Assembly: GCA_046757525.1 (NCBI GenBank)
Contig: JBHHYI010000003.1
Span: forward strand, 1 to 60,110
Direction of reading: 5' to 3'
Length of the DNA stretch: 60,110 bases
Source: a bacterium
GTDB taxonomy: Bacteria; Zhuqueibacterota; Zhuqueibacteria; Oceanimicrobiales; Oceanimicrobiaceae
In this document: positions 9,054-18,678 of the stretch, one piece after another
Position numbering within the stretch: position 1 is the stretch's first letter
Layout: each line of letters starts with the position of its first letter
Position numbers and translations under genes: made by a program
The notes under the pieces: model-generated
The model's input: only the letters and a program-made list of their open reading frames with translations
The model's database searches: none
What the model was told of the DNA's origin: nothing

Positions 9054-9379
9054 TGTTTTTTCCTTGTTCTAAAATCATCTTTCCATTCAGTTGGATCGGG
9101 AAGATATGCAGTGATAATGGCCAAATAGTCATCTTTGGGTGAACAGACAACATGGATAGGCCGGGCACTTTTTCCAAAACCCAAAATCAGGCAACTGTGT
9201 CCGCGTGCATCTTCAGGATAGTCCTCAATTAATTCTCCAGTTTTAACGACTTCTCGCACCTCAGGTCCAGTTATCATTCTCTCAGGCAGTGACATTTGTC
9301 GAACAGCGTGTGGAAGGAATAGAAGCTTTTTCTCAGCAGGTTTCCGAACCAGAGTGAGTACACCACCTTGATGTGCCAT
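9050..9379 (-). CDS. DUF4258 domain toxin-like protein
   Basis: The pattern HAVRQM..R.I....V..VV.TGELIEDYPEDARGHSCLILG...ARPIHVVC......LAIITAYLPD...W is typical of DUF4258. It is paired with the zinc-finger antitoxin. Confidence 0.7.
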   Translation of the reverse strand: MAHQGGVLTLVRKPAEKKLLFLPHAVRQMSLPERMITGPEVREVVKTGELIEDYPEDARGHSCLILGFGKSARPIHVVCSPKDDYLAIITAYLPDPTEWKDDFRTRKKQ

Positions 9380-10020
9380 AGACTAAATATAATGATAACA
9401 AGACCGCTTTGCAAGATGTAATTCCAAGAATGAATAATCTTTATGAAAAGGAATTTTCCAACTACGGGCATCGCGCCTTCCAACAAGGGCCTGGTCTTCT
9501 TCATTTATTGAATGGCGCCGGCTTTACCCGCAATCCTGCGTTCCAAATCTGCCACCGACTTTTTTGCCAATGCCGCAACGATTTGCTCCTGCGAGCTGTC
9601 AAAATCACGCAACAGCTCTTCCAAAGCAGCGGCCTTCGAGCCATCCTTAAGCGGGCTTGAGCCGCGTTGGTACGGGGCTGCTTTTTGCTCGTTCCAGATG
9701 CGCGGCTCACCCAAAAGATCGAGAATCAAATTGCGCGAAGCTACCATTCCAGTTGCTTATTTGTAATGGCGCAAACGAAATGAATACCGAGTGAATTCGA
9801 AGCGTGAATTCCCTCCTTACCAAAAGGCCTTGTTTCTTAAGGAGGAAATTTACCTTTCGACTTCGCTCAAGAACAAAAAAATCAAGTAGTTTGAATGCTC
9901 ACAAGCTTGGAATGCACGCTGCCAAAGCGAGTCGAAAGGGTTAGCGCCTATTTTTTGAATCTATACTTCCTGATTTTCTTGAATAATTCGTATAAATCGC
10001 TTAATTCACGGAGAAGTCTG

Positions 10021-10476
10021 TCAATCTTTTTCATCTTTCAGTTTTTTTATGTCTACTTTATCTTGATCTGAATTACGCTTTTCCTTGAGCCAAACCAAAT
10101 CCTCTTTTCTTACAACCTTAATCTCTCCTTCTTCTGACTCTGCCGTTAATGCCTTCTCAATAATTTCCCTATGTCTATCCTCATGTCCTAACAAAATATC
10201 CAGAATCAGGTATTCTTCTCCTTCTATTTTTGTGAATCTATGGAGAGTTATATTAGTCCTTTGGAAAGTCCAGGGCTGTGATTTCTCTTCGTAGCCTAAA
10301 TTCAATAGTATCTCTTTTAACCTTTCAAAATCATTCGGGTCCAGAATGATATCAATATCCTTGGTAAACCTTGGCTGATCGTGAAATGCCATTGCGACTC
10401 CACCAACCAAGGCATATCTTAAGTTGTTTTCCTCTATTGCTTTTGCTATCTTAGGAAATTCGTCGAATACATTCAT
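10021..10476 (-). CDS. Nucleotidyltransferase-fold protein (orphan)
   Basis: NLRYALVGGVAMAFHDQPRFTKDIDIIL resembles a minimal nucleotidyltransferase G-G .. DxD core. The gene is low in GC and has no visible partner gene. Confidence 0.5.
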   Translation of the reverse strand: MNVFDEFPKIAKAIEENNLRYALVGGVAMAFHDQPRFTKDIDIILDPNDFERLKEILLNLGYEEKSQPWTFQRTNITLHRFTKIEGEEYLILDILLGHEDRHREIIEKALTAESEEGEIKVVRKEDLVWLKEKRNSDQDKVDIKKLKDEKD

Positions 10477-10589
10477 AATTTAGTTATAATGGACGCTGAC
10501 GACAGGTGTAAGGTCGCTACTCCCATGTTCGGAATAATAGTTAAGCATCAATTCGCAGTCGAGTGTGTTCTCTACTTGCAAGGTATCTT

Positions 10590-11681
10590 TCACAGCACCG
10601 CACAGCTCACCGAAAAAACCGGCGCCAGCCAGTTGGCCAGCAATTGCCAGGAGTCGCCTTCATTGCGACTGTAGAAAATCTGTCCCGTGCTGGTACCGAC
10701 ATAAATGCCACAGGGATCGCAGGTGTCGGCACTCATGGCATGGCGGTAGACGTTCAGGTACGCATGCTGGTTGGGCAAGCCGCGGTCTAACCTCTGCCAG
10801 GTTTCTCCGCGATTCCGACTTCGGTAAACCGCAAACTCAGCATCGACCGGACAGCGAAATTCCGGAGAATCTTCCGGGATCACGTAGATTGTGTCGGGAT
10901 CGTGCGGATGAATCTGCAGCGGGAACCCAAAGCGGGACGGCAGTGCCTCGCAAAGGTCGATCCATTGCCGGCCGCCGTCGTCGCTGCGATAGACCCCGCA
11001 GTGATTCTGCTGGTACAGAACATCCGGCTTGGCCGGGTGCGATTCCATGTGGTGCACGCACTGGCCAACTTCCGGGTACTTTTCCGGGATAAAATCCGCC
11101 AACACACCTTTGTTCCGGGGTTCCCAACTCTTGCCACCGTCGTCGGTACAAAACGCGCCGGCCGCTGAAATCCCAACGTACAGCTTGGCCGGCTCCCCGG
11201 GATGCAGACAAATGCTGTGCACCATCAGACCACCCATGCCCGGGAACCACTTCTCGCGGGTTGGGTGATTGCTCAAGCCAGCGATCTCGGACCAATTCTG
11301 TCCTCTGTCTTCCGACCGGAACAGGGCGCCGGGATCGACGCCGGCATAAAGTACGTCTGGTTCCGCCTCTATTCCGGGGGTCACACACCAGACCCTTTTC
11401 ACCTTCTTATCGGAGCCCTCTGCAAATCGTACCCCCGATTCGGGTTCTTGCCAACTCCGACCAAAATCCTGGCTGATGCGCACATCCGAACCCCACCAGG
11501 TGCTGTTGACACAGGCATAAAGGACAGGGTCCACCCTTGCGTCGAAAACCATGTGGTGAACGTCGGTGCCTTTGAAAAAGGGACCTTGCATCTCCCATTT
11601 TTTGCGGTCCAAATCGCTGCTGAACAAAAAGCCCCCTTTGTGCGTGCCCACCACAAGGTAGACGCGTTGGTCATGACACAT
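10590..11681 (-). CDS. BNR/Asp-box repeat beta-propeller protein (sialidase-fold family)
   Basis: Six S-x-D-x-G-x-x-W boxes (SQDFGRSW, SEDRGQNW, TDDGGKSW, SDDGGRQW, SRNRGETW, SRNEGDSW) at regular spacing. No signal peptide. Confidence 0.8.
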   Translation of the reverse strand: MCHDQRVYLVVGTHKGGFLFSSDLDRKKWEMQGPFFKGTDVHHMVFDARVDPVLYACVNSTWWGSDVRISQDFGRSWQEPESGVRFAEGSDKKVKRVWCVTPGIEAEPDVLYAGVDPGALFRSEDRGQNWSEIAGLSNHPTREKWFPGMGGLMVHSICLHPGEPAKLYVGISAAGAFCTDDGGKSWEPRNKGVLADFIPEKYPEVGQCVHHMESHPAKPDVLYQQNHCGVYRSDDGGRQWIDLCEALPSRFGFPLQIHPHDPDTIYVIPEDSPEFRCPVDAEFAVYRSRNRGETWQRLDRGLPNQHAYLNVYRHAMSADTCDPCGIYVGTSTGQIFYSRNEGDSWQLLANWLAPVFSVSCAVL

Positions 11682-11835
11682 GGTTTTCCTCCTGAATTAC
11701 TTGATTCTATGGATCAGGTAACACGGTCAAGAAGGTGAAATCGGAACAGTCGGAATCGACTCTTGTTCAACCCGGTAGGTAATAAGACCACGTACGTGTC
11801 GATTGGAAATTAGTTTCAAGCACCGCCATTTGCTT

Positions 11836-12585
11836 TCAACCAAAGGCCGCTTTAAGGAACTCCCGCTTCATACGGGCAATATGAGCGATGGAAATCTCTT
11901 TGGGACAAACCGCCTCGCATTCTGCATGATTTGAGCAATCGCCAAAACCTTCCTTGTCCATTTGCTCCACCATGTGGATGACGCGTCTCTTGCGCTCAGG
12001 GTGCCCTTGCGGCAAGAGGGCAAACTGGGAAATCTTTGCTGCCGTGAACAAAGAAGCTGAAGCGTTTGGACAGGCTGCCACACAGGCGCCACATCCGATG
12101 CAGGCTGCGGCATCCATGGCCTGATCGGCAATCTCTTTGGCAATCGGAATGGCGTTTCCATCCGGGGCGCCACCCACGTTCATTGAAATGTACCCTCCAG
12201 CCTGGATGATCCGGTCAAAGGCGCTGCGATCTACCACCAGGTCTTTGATGACGGGCAAGGCCCTGGCCCGCCAGGGTTCCACAGTGATGGTGTCCCCGTC
12301 CCTGAACTTGCGCATGTGAAGCTGGCAGACGGCTGTTGCGTGCTGGGGCCCATGGGCAATACCGTTGATGACCAGACTGCACATGCCGCAGATGCCTTCG
12401 CGGCAATCGTTGTCAAATTCGATTGGCTCATCGCCCTTTTTGATGAGGTCCTCATTGAGCACATCGAGCATTTCGAGAAATGACATGTCAGGCGAAACAT
12501 CTTTTACCGTATAAGGGACCATTTCGCCACAACCTTGGGCATTTTTCTGCCGCCAGATTTTCAAATTTAGGGTCATGTTTTCCAT
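11836..12585 (-). CDS. sdhB: Succinate dehydrogenase/fumarate reductase iron-sulfur subunit
   Basis: Cluster motifs [21 protein letters not shown] and [12 protein letters not shown]. Lies directly downstream of sdhA. Confidence 0.9.
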   Translation of the reverse strand: MENMTLNLKIWRQKNAQGCGEMVPYTVKDVSPDMSFLEMLDVLNEDLIKKGDEPIEFDNDCREGICGMCSLVINGIAHGPQHATAVCQLHMRKFRDGDTITVEPWRARALPVIKDLVVDRSAFDRIIQAGGYISMNVGGAPDGNAIPIAKEIADQAMDAAACIGCGACVAACPNASASLFTAAKISQFALLPQGHPERKRRVIHMVEQMDKEGFGDCSNHAECEAVCPKEISIAHIARMKREFLKAAFG

Positions 12586-12601
12586 GATCAGCTTCTTCTC
12601 C

Positions 12602-14515
12602 TTACTTATAGCTGCGTTGCGTTAACTTCACGTTTTCAAATTTGAGCTGCTCTTTATTGAGCCTGGGCTCTTTCCCCTCGCCGGTGTATTCCCATGTCGA
12701 CACGTGGGAGAAGTTCTCATCGTCGCGCTGGGCTTCGCCTTCCGGGGTTTGGTACTCTTCGCGGAAATGGGCGCCACACGATTCTTTACGTTCCAGGGCG
12801 TCGCGGGCTAACAACTCACCGAGCTCGAAATAGTCGGCTACGCGACCGGCAAACTCCAAATTCTTGTTCAAGTTGGCGGCATCATCAGGGATGAGAAGAT
12901 TCTGCCAAAATTCCTCCTTGAGCTTTGGAATAGCTTCCAGAGCTTGCTTGAGCCCTTTTTCATTGCGGGACATGCCGACATATTCCCAGATGAGATGACC
13001 GAGTTCGCGGTGAAATTCAAGCACTGTTTTCTTGCCTTTAATGGCTAACAGTTTCTTGATCTGGTTCTTGACCATTTCCTCCGTTTGCTTGAATTCGGGG
13101 GCGTCAGCGCTTCTCCCATTCGGTGCGATCCGGGCCAGATAGTCACCTATGGTGTACGGAATGACAAAATAGCCGTCGGCCAGACCCTGCATGAGAGCAC
13201 TGGCGCCAAGACGATTGGCACCGTGATCGGAGAAATTCGCCTCACCCAGGACGAACAGCCCGGGAATGGTACTCATGAGATTATAATCAACCCACAAACC
13301 GCCCATGACGTAATGCGAGGCCGGATAAATGCGCATCGGCACCACATAGGGATTCTCGCCGGTGATGCGTTCGTACATGTCGAACAGGTTGCCGTATTTG
13401 TCTTTGATCGCCTCGACTCCCACGCGCCTGATGACATCGGCGAAGTCTAAATAGACCGCCAGGCCGGTCTCACCAACCCCGCGGCCTTCGTCGCAGACCA
13501 TTTTGGCGTTGCGCGAAGCCACATCGCGCGGCACCAGGTTGCCAAAACTGGGGTATCTTCTCTCGAGATAGTAATCCCTTTCCTCCTCGGGAATCTGGTT
13601 TGGTGGCCGCGTGTCGCCTTTCTGTTTCGGAACCCACACCCGTCCGTCGTTGCGCAAACTCTCGCTCATCAAGGTCAGTTTGGATTGGTAGGTGCCGTGC
13701 ACGGGAATGCAGGTCGGATGAATTTGTGTAAAACAGGGATTGGCGAAACAGGCACCCCGCTTGTAGCAGCGCCAGGCCGCAGTTGCATTGGAGTTTTTCG
13801 CGTTGGTTGAGAGATAAAAGATATTGCCGTAACCGCCAGTAGCCAAAACCACGGCGTCGCCTGCGTGCGAGTCGATCTGACCGTTTAAGAGATTCCGGGT
13901 CACAATGCCGCACGCCTGGCCATCTTTGACCACCAGGTCCAACATCTCGTGACGCGGATAAAGTGTAACCTTGCCCTGCTCTACCTGGCGCATGAGTGAG
14001 CTGTACGCGCCCAGCAGAAGCTGCTGTCCCGTTTGGCCGCGCGCGTAAAAGGTGCGCGACACCTGGGCACCCCCAAAAGATCGGTTGGCCAGGAGTCCGC
14101 CGTATTCGCGCGCAAACGGCACCCCCTGGGCAACACACTGGTCGATAATGTTGTTGCTGATTTGGGCCAATCGATAAACATTGGCCTCGCGAGAGCGGTA
14201 GTCGCCGCCTTTGACCGTGTCATAAAACAAGCGCCAGATGCTGTCGCCGTCGTTCGGGTAATTCTTAGCGGCATTGATTCCCCCCTGGGCCGCAATGCTG
14301 TGGGCGCGGCGAGGAGAATCCTGAATGCAGAAATTCTTGACGTTGTAACCCAATTCACCAAGGGTCGCGGCCGCAGCGCCCCCGGCCAAACCGGTCCCAA
14401 CCACGATGACGGTGTACTTCCGCTTGTTGGCCGGATTCACCAGTTTGAGCGCAAATCTGTGCTTGTCCCACTTTTCCGCTAATGGACCCTCGGGTACTTT
14501 TGAATCAAGTTTCAT
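12602..14515 (-). CDS. sdhA: Succinate dehydrogenase/fumarate reductase flavoprotein subunit
   Basis: [12 protein letters not shown] dinucleotide fold, [12 protein letters not shown] (FAD-linking His context), and a conserved C-terminal [10 protein letters not shown]. The ATG at 14515 (MKLDSK) sits 2 nt after the sdhC stop and is preferred over the 14542 start. Confidence 0.92.
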   Translation of the reverse strand: MKLDSKVPEGPLAEKWDKHRFALKLVNPANKRKYTVIVVGTGLAGGAAAATLGELGYNVKNFCIQDSPRRAHSIAAQGGINAAKNYPNDGDSIWRLFYDTVKGGDYRSREANVYRLAQISNNIIDQCVAQGVPFAREYGGLLANRSFGGAQVSRTFYARGQTGQQLLLGAYSSLMRQVEQGKVTLYPRHEMLDLVVKDGQACGIVTRNLLNGQIDSHAGDAVVLATGGYGNIFYLSTNAKNSNATAAWRCYKRGACFANPCFTQIHPTCIPVHGTYQSKLTLMSESLRNDGRVWVPKQKGDTRPPNQIPEEERDYYLERRYPSFGNLVPRDVASRNAKMVCDEGRGVGETGLAVYLDFADVIRRVGVEAIKDKYGNLFDMYERITGENPYVVPMRIYPASHYVMGGLWVDYNLMSTIPGLFVLGEANFSDHGANRLGASALMQGLADGYFVIPYTIGDYLARIAPNGRSADAPEFKQTEEMVKNQIKKLLAIKGKKTVLEFHRELGHLIWEYVGMSRNEKGLKQALEAIPKLKEEFWQNLLIPDDAANLNKNLEFAGRVADYFELGELLARDALERKESCGAHFREEYQTPEGEAQRDDENFSHVSTWEYTGEGKEPRLNKEQLKFENVKLTQRSYK

Positions 14516-14517
14516 AA

Positions 14518-15222
14518 TTATGCTCCTGTGAAATAAATCCAAATGGGAATGCCAAGAAAGCCAACAGACAGAACAACTGCCACGATGATACCAATGGAAT
14601 AGATCAGCGGCGTGTAGCGCGGATGATTGACGCCCAGGGACTGAAACGCGCTCCAGAAACCGTGGCGCAAATGAAATCCCAGAAAAATCATGGCGGCAAC
14701 ATACCAGACAACGTAACCAGGCTTTTGAAACACCTCCATCACTAAGCGGTGTAGGTCGCGCATCTGCGTCCCGTTGACGGTAGCAACGTAGCCCTCTTCA
14801 ATGTTGGGTCCGTACTTGAAAGTCCAAAGATGAATGGCGATGAAGACAAAAGTCAGGAGACCCGTGTAAATCATAGTGGTAGAGGACGTGTTCTTTTTGC
14901 TGGGCTTACCTGCGTTGCCGGACTGCTGGTAACCCACTGGACGCGCTTTTTTCTTACCCAGAGCAACGGAAATCCCGGAGAGGACATGAAAAATTAAGAA
15001 GGCCAGCAAGATCAATTCGGCTACGACCAGAATCGACCCGAAGCTGAGGAGAAAATGGGAGTACTCGTTGAAGGGTTCCGGATTCTTGTTGAACAAGAGC
15101 AAATTGCCCGACAGATGTTCAACAAGAAAAACCACCATTGCCAGCCCGGTCAGGGCCATGACTATCTTCTTACCCACGGAATTTGACACGAACTTAGATA
15201 AGGGAAGCATCTTTGGCTCCAA
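14518..15222 (-). CDS. sdhC: Succinate dehydrogenase cytochrome b subunit (b558-type)
   Basis: Five hydrophobic helices with conserved His contexts ([29 protein letters not shown]). Gene order is sdhC-A-B. Confidence 0.75.
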   Translation of the reverse strand: MEPKMLPLSKFVSNSVGKKIVMALTGLAMVVFLVEHLSGNLLLFNKNPEPFNEYSHFLLSFGSILVVAELILLAFLIFHVLSGISVALGKKKARPVGYQQSGNAGKPSKKNTSSTTMIYTGLLTFVFIAIHLWTFKYGPNIEEGYVATVNGTQMRDLHRLVMEVFQKPGYVVWYVAAMIFLGFHLRHGFWSAFQSLGVNHPRYTPLIYSIGIIVAVVLSVGFLGIPIWIYFTGA

Positions 15223-15323
15223 TCATTAATTGAAATTGTTACTCTGAAGAAATCAAATGGATAGCATTTTCCGGAGTTGAATATAATGCATTAGATTCTA
15301 AGAATCAAGGAAGATGATGACTT

Positions 15324-15600
15324 TTAGGGCCGTTGATTTCCCAGCCCCATTGGCCCTATCATCGCCCCAATTGCTAACTGACTAACGGCGAGGGAAACAT
15401 TCTCGAAAGCAAGGATGGTACCGTATTAGACGGCTAATTTTTTTGCCTGAAGCAACACTTATTCGCCTCCTCCCAAGATAGGCATCTATGACTCTTTCGT
15501 TTCTGGTAATCTGTTCCGGGAGGCTTTCTGCGATCTTTTGACCATAATTCAGTAAAAGTCATATACTTTTAGAATACGTTTCATTCTTTCCATCTTATTT
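15324..15600 (-). pseudogene. Remnant of a branched-chain-amino-acid-type ABC ATPase gene junction (livG-like 3' end plus livF-like 5' end)
   Basis: The minus-strand translation [27 protein letters not shown] matches the characteristic LivG C-terminus (..G..IAEG.P.E...N..VI.AYLG). In the next frame, [42 protein letters not shown] matches a LivF N-terminus. That N-terminus has an internal TAA and a degraded Walker A (GPNGAGKST becomes GPMGLGNQRP). Nothing else of either gene is present. Confidence 0.55.
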
Positions 15601-15633
15601 GAATCGTCAACTCCGTTGACTTGCTTTGCTGAC

Positions 15634-16256
15634 TTATTCCTTGGCCAATCTTAACACCTCATTTTCAATTTCTTTCGAAATTCGAAAACCCGCTGATTTG
15701 AGTTTACCTAACACCTTTTCCACCGAATCAATAAGTTTTTCTTGTTTGGCTCTCAAAAGAACTCCCAAAAGCCCAGTGAACCTCAATTTCAAATTAGCGG
15801 CCACTTTTCTGGCCTTTTGGTCATCCAGGATTACCAGGCTGTCTTCGATTTCCACCGCAAGGGCAATCGTACTTGCTTCACCCAAATCAATCAGGGTATT
15901 TAAGATTTGCACATATTTCTTGTCCTGTAACAGTTCACCCGATAGCGATCGTTAAGGATATTTATCCTGAACGTAAATTAATAGGGAACATCTGTTCCCG
16001 CAGCAGTCTCGATGGGGATAAATATCCCGACTTAATGTGCGTTCAGCATAGACATACTGAACGATCCATCTACGGCCTGAACTGTTACCTTGTCCTTAAC
16101 CTGTTTTACCTCGATCCAGTTTTCAATGCTTTTACCATACTCTTGGGAGACTCCAGCAGTAATGTAAACTTTTTTATAGAGGTCTCGCAAGATAGATAAC
16201 ATTTGAACGTTGTCTAACGCTATTAGACAACTTGAATCTGCAATGACCTTAGGCAT
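15634..16256 (-). pseudogene. DUF3368 (PIN-like) toxin gene split into two out-of-frame pieces
   Basis: The N-terminal piece 16032-16256 (MPKVIADSSCLIALDNV..ENWIEVKQVK) and the C-terminal piece 15634-15951 (..LIDLGEASTIALAVE..LDDQKARKVA..FTGLLGVLLRAK..GFRISKE) together form one DUF3368 protein. They are in different frames and are separated by a structured insertion. Confidence 0.7.
15952..16064. repeat. Structured insertion inside the DUF3368 gene (MITE-like or other small element)
   Basis: Perfect 12-bp inverted repeat GGATATTTATCC (15956-15967) / GGATAAATATCC (16016-16027). An inner hairpin GGGAAC-atct-GTTCCC lies at 15984-15999. A further hairpin CGTTCAG..CTGAACG lies at 16040-16063. CTGAACG also occurs at 15967-15973. 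Confidence 0.45.
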
Positions 16257-16476
16257 TTTTGAAGTCTTTTTCTATGTCTTCGGCATCATAGTTAAAGATT
16301 GAGACATCGTAATTGCCGAGAAGCTCCATAAAAGTCCGCTTAGAAACCCCGGCTAATTCTGCTGCCTGTCCAAGTGACAGCTTGCCTTCCTCATACAACT
16401 TTGATGCAAGTATGAATTTTATTTCTTTCGTCTCAACATTGACGAAGTCAGGCAAGTGTATCTCCATAGTCTGCAT
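16249..16476 (-). CDS. UPF0175 family antitoxin-like protein
   Basis: ASKLYEEGKLSLGQAAELAGVSKRTFMELLGNYDV is the UPF0175 HTH signature. It overlaps the start of the DUF3368 gene by 8 nt. Confidence 0.75.
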   Translation of the reverse strand: MQTMEIHLPDFVNVETKEIKFILASKLYEEGKLSLGQAAELAGVSKRTFMELLGNYDVSIFNYDAEDIEKDFKNA

Positions 16477-16955
16477 GGCAATCTCTCCTTAAATTTTATC
16501 GAAATAGTAGCCATTCAAAAATAGAGAAAATCAGACTTCAAAGCAAGGAAATAATATAACATGGCCTTCTGAAGAACTGTAAAATTACTTCCATTAAGAA
16601 CTATTACAGTGGAGTGCTAACTAACTTGCGACCAGAGTCTCGCAACTTATAGAGCAAGTGCCTCGGCTTAAAATCGTTTTTCTGGAATGTTCTCTTCCCC
16701 CCAATCCGCTTCTTTCTGCTTTCTTCGTTCCCGACCTTCCTCCCCAGGCGTTGCCAACCCTAAAACAACTCGCATGAAGAAACCTATTACGAATACATTA
16801 GTATTAAAACTGTGTTACATTTTCGATTTTGAGAAAATGTGGCCCTTTCTTTCCTGAACTTAAGAAACTTCACCACAGTTTTCTGCAAATAGGTTTTTAA
16901 GCAAGTTTCTGTAAATTAAGTAAATGGCATGGCGTGTTTTTTCCTGGTGCAGCCG

Positions 16956-16970
16956 TGGCATGCCTTTTGT
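16956..16970 (+). promoter_or_regulatory. Weak sigma-54-like -24/-12 motif upstream of the ECF sigma gene
   Basis: TGGCAT-gcctt-TTGT has consensus spacing (TGGCAC-N5-TTGC) but reads GT instead of GC at -12. It lies 33 nt before the ATG at 17003. Confidence 0.2.
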
Positions 16971-17002
16971 GAGGGAGTCCGACAGGATATCCACATTCCC
17001 GC

Positions 17003-17593
17003 ATGTCGAGCCAACAAACCTTTCAATCGAGACGCCGAAGGATGGATGACGAATACCAGGAACTGGTTCAAGAGATTCGGGCAGGCGACACCCGGGCCTT
17101 TGAAAGCGTTTTCCGGCACTATCAGCCGCGTTTGTTTCGTTTTCTCTGGCATCTGGTGCGCTCATCCGAGGTGGCTGAGGACCTGGTGCAAAGTCTCTTT
17201 TTGAATATCTGGAAAAACCGAAAGCAGTGGCACGTCAACAGTTCGCTCACCACCTACCTCTACCGCGCAGCAAAAAATGCGGCCTTGAATTACCTGCGTT
17301 CCCGGACTGCCCACAGCGCGGTTTGCGCAGACCTGGACCACCTGCCAGACAACGAGACGCGACCGGACCAGGACTACGACCAAAAAGAGTTGCGGGTGTT
17401 GGTGCAACAAGCCATCGATTCGCTGCCTCCGGGCTGCCGCACGGTGTTCGTTCTAAGCCGCTACGAAAATCTAAAATACCAGGACATTGCCGAGGTTTTG
17501 GACATTTCCGTCAAGACGGTCGAAAATCAAATGGGCCGGGCCTTGCGGTTGCTCAGACAAAAACTAACACCCTTCCTTAAACTCACAAAGTAA
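17003..17593 (+). CDS. ECF-type RNA polymerase sigma-70 factor
   Basis: Region 2 (FESVFRHYQPRLFRFLWHLVRSSEVAEDLVQSLFLNIW) and region 4 (FVLSRYENLKYQDIAEVLDISVKTVENQMGRAL) signatures. Confidence 0.9.
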   Translation: MSSQQTFQSRRRRMDDEYQELVQEIRAGDTRAFESVFRHYQPRLFRFLWHLVRSSEVAEDLVQSLFLNIWKNRKQWHVNSSLTTYLYRAAKNAALNYLRSRTAHSAVCADLDHLPDNETRPDQDYDQKELRVLVQQAIDSLPPGCRTVFVLSRYENLKYQDIAEVLDISVKTVENQMGRALRLLRQKLTPFLKLTK

Positions 17594-17595
17594 GA

Positions 17596-17620
17596 GTATT
17601 CTCAGGAATACGTTTTTTTT
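17596..17620 (+). terminator. Rho-independent terminator candidate after the ECF sigma gene
   Basis: GTATTC-tcag-GAATAC stem-loop followed by G and T8. Confidence 0.5.
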
Positions 17621-17697
17621 CAGGCAGAATAGGGGTTTTGCGGTGTCCTGTTGTCTATTAGGTTAGGACAATCAGATTTTAGTAGAGGAGGTTTACC

Positions 17698-18525
17698 GTG
17701 AAAAGAACACTCTCTGTGAATTTGCTGGCTATCTTTTGTCTGACTGGCCTGGCTTTGAAACCAATTTCGCTCCCCGCACAATCCATTTGGCTGAGACGCA
17801 GCCCAGAAAAAACCATTGCTATCGAAGTTCTTAAACCTAACTTCGCCGGAGAATTTAACACCACGTTCTTAACTTCCGCTGCATTTCTGTCAACACGAAT
17901 CCCTTTAAACAAAAAATTAGTTTTTGTCGGTGAGCTGCCTTTTGCCAATGGCGGAATTGATTACCAATTGGGTCGGTTAGCATCCGGAGGCACTGTTGGC
18001 AATCCTTACTTAGGTCTCGAGATTCGACAGCCTACCTCGTCTGTGTTTGCCGAGATTGGGGTTCGACTGCCATTAGCTGCTGAGAACAACTTCGGCGCAG
18101 TCGTAGGAACACGAACGGATTTCGATCGTGCCGATGCGTTCATTGATCATACCTTGACGGTCAATGTGCTGATGAACTACCTCGAGAAAGACGCTTCAAA
18201 CCTTTTCTTCAGATTGCGCCTGGGCGCCGCCTTTTTGAATAACATTCAAGGGCGCCTTGGTACAAGCGTTAACCTCTTGTACAGCGGACAAATCGGCTAT
18301 GAAGTAGACCCATTCAATGTCATCGTAGGACTCTCGGGACGGTGGAATGTGAGCGAGGGTTTTTCTGGCTTTGGTCTGCGCGCGTCTCATCAGTTCGGGG
18401 TAGCGGCCAGTGTGCGTCTCGGGGTTGTTCAACCTGGTCTGCTCTTCAGGTTGCCGGTAGATGAAATTTTGAATGAAGCGGTTGACTACGTGGTCGGGCT
18501 GCATCTCGGTATTGATTGGCGTTGA
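17698..18525 (+). CDS. Secreted hypothetical protein, probable outer-membrane beta-barrel
   Basis: GTG start 8 nt after the GAGGAGG RBS, a signal peptide, alternating-polarity strands, and an aromatic C-terminal end (..HLGIDWR). Confidence 0.5.
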   Translation: MKRTLSVNLLAIFCLTGLALKPISLPAQSIWLRRSPEKTIAIEVLKPNFAGEFNTTFLTSAAFLSTRIPLNKKLVFVGELPFANGGIDYQLGRLASGGTVGNPYLGLEIRQPTSSVFAEIGVRLPLAAENNFGAVVGTRTDFDRADAFIDHTLTVNVLMNYLEKDASNLFFRLRLGAAFLNNIQGRLGTSVNLLYSGQIGYEVDPFNVIVGLSGRWNVSEGFSGFGLRASHQFGVAASVRLGVVQPGLLFRLPVDEILNEAVDYVVGLHLGIDWR

Positions 18526-18678
18526 GCTGAAACCCCCATTGAATGGAAAACGGATTTTGCAGTTTGGCTGCGTTAGAAATCAATAAGAATCTTCGTGAAT
18601 GACAAAAGGACTCGCAGGGCCTTTACAAATAAATCGGTGGCATTCGGTGTTCTTCAGTGTTTAGTGTAATCGGGTTAA

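Noticed and set aside
8651-9142. 163-aa plus-strand ORF, and a Cys-rich minus-strand reading (..CESGSCGPRGGGNCSDHPC..) in 8650-8840.
   Set aside because: The plus-strand ORF overlaps the well-supported zinc-finger antitoxin gene on the other strand. The Cys-rich frame has no start codon or RBS, and I cannot tie it to any family.
9409-9766. Four overlapping 69-84-aa ORFs on both strands in a GC-rich patch (9409-9660, 9501-9710, 9505-9747 and 9512-9766).
   Set aside because: No frame has a recognisable motif, RBS or signal, so I cannot tell which one, if any, is real. The patch may be another gene remnant and is left unannotated.
10565-11388. Long ORFs antisense to, or out of frame with, recognised genes. 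Examples: 10565-11092 and 10837-11388 over the BNR gene; 36085-36966 over the VWA gene; 52492-53262 over the ABC genes; 54589-55257 and 54726-55580 over the GNAT gene; 13470-14138 over sdhA; 59674-60072 over the response regulator.
   Set aside because: Their translations are Arg/Pro/Gly/Ser-rich and of low complexity. They lack any motif and fully overlap ORFs with clear domain signatures. This is typical shadow-ORF behaviour in GC-rich coding DNA.
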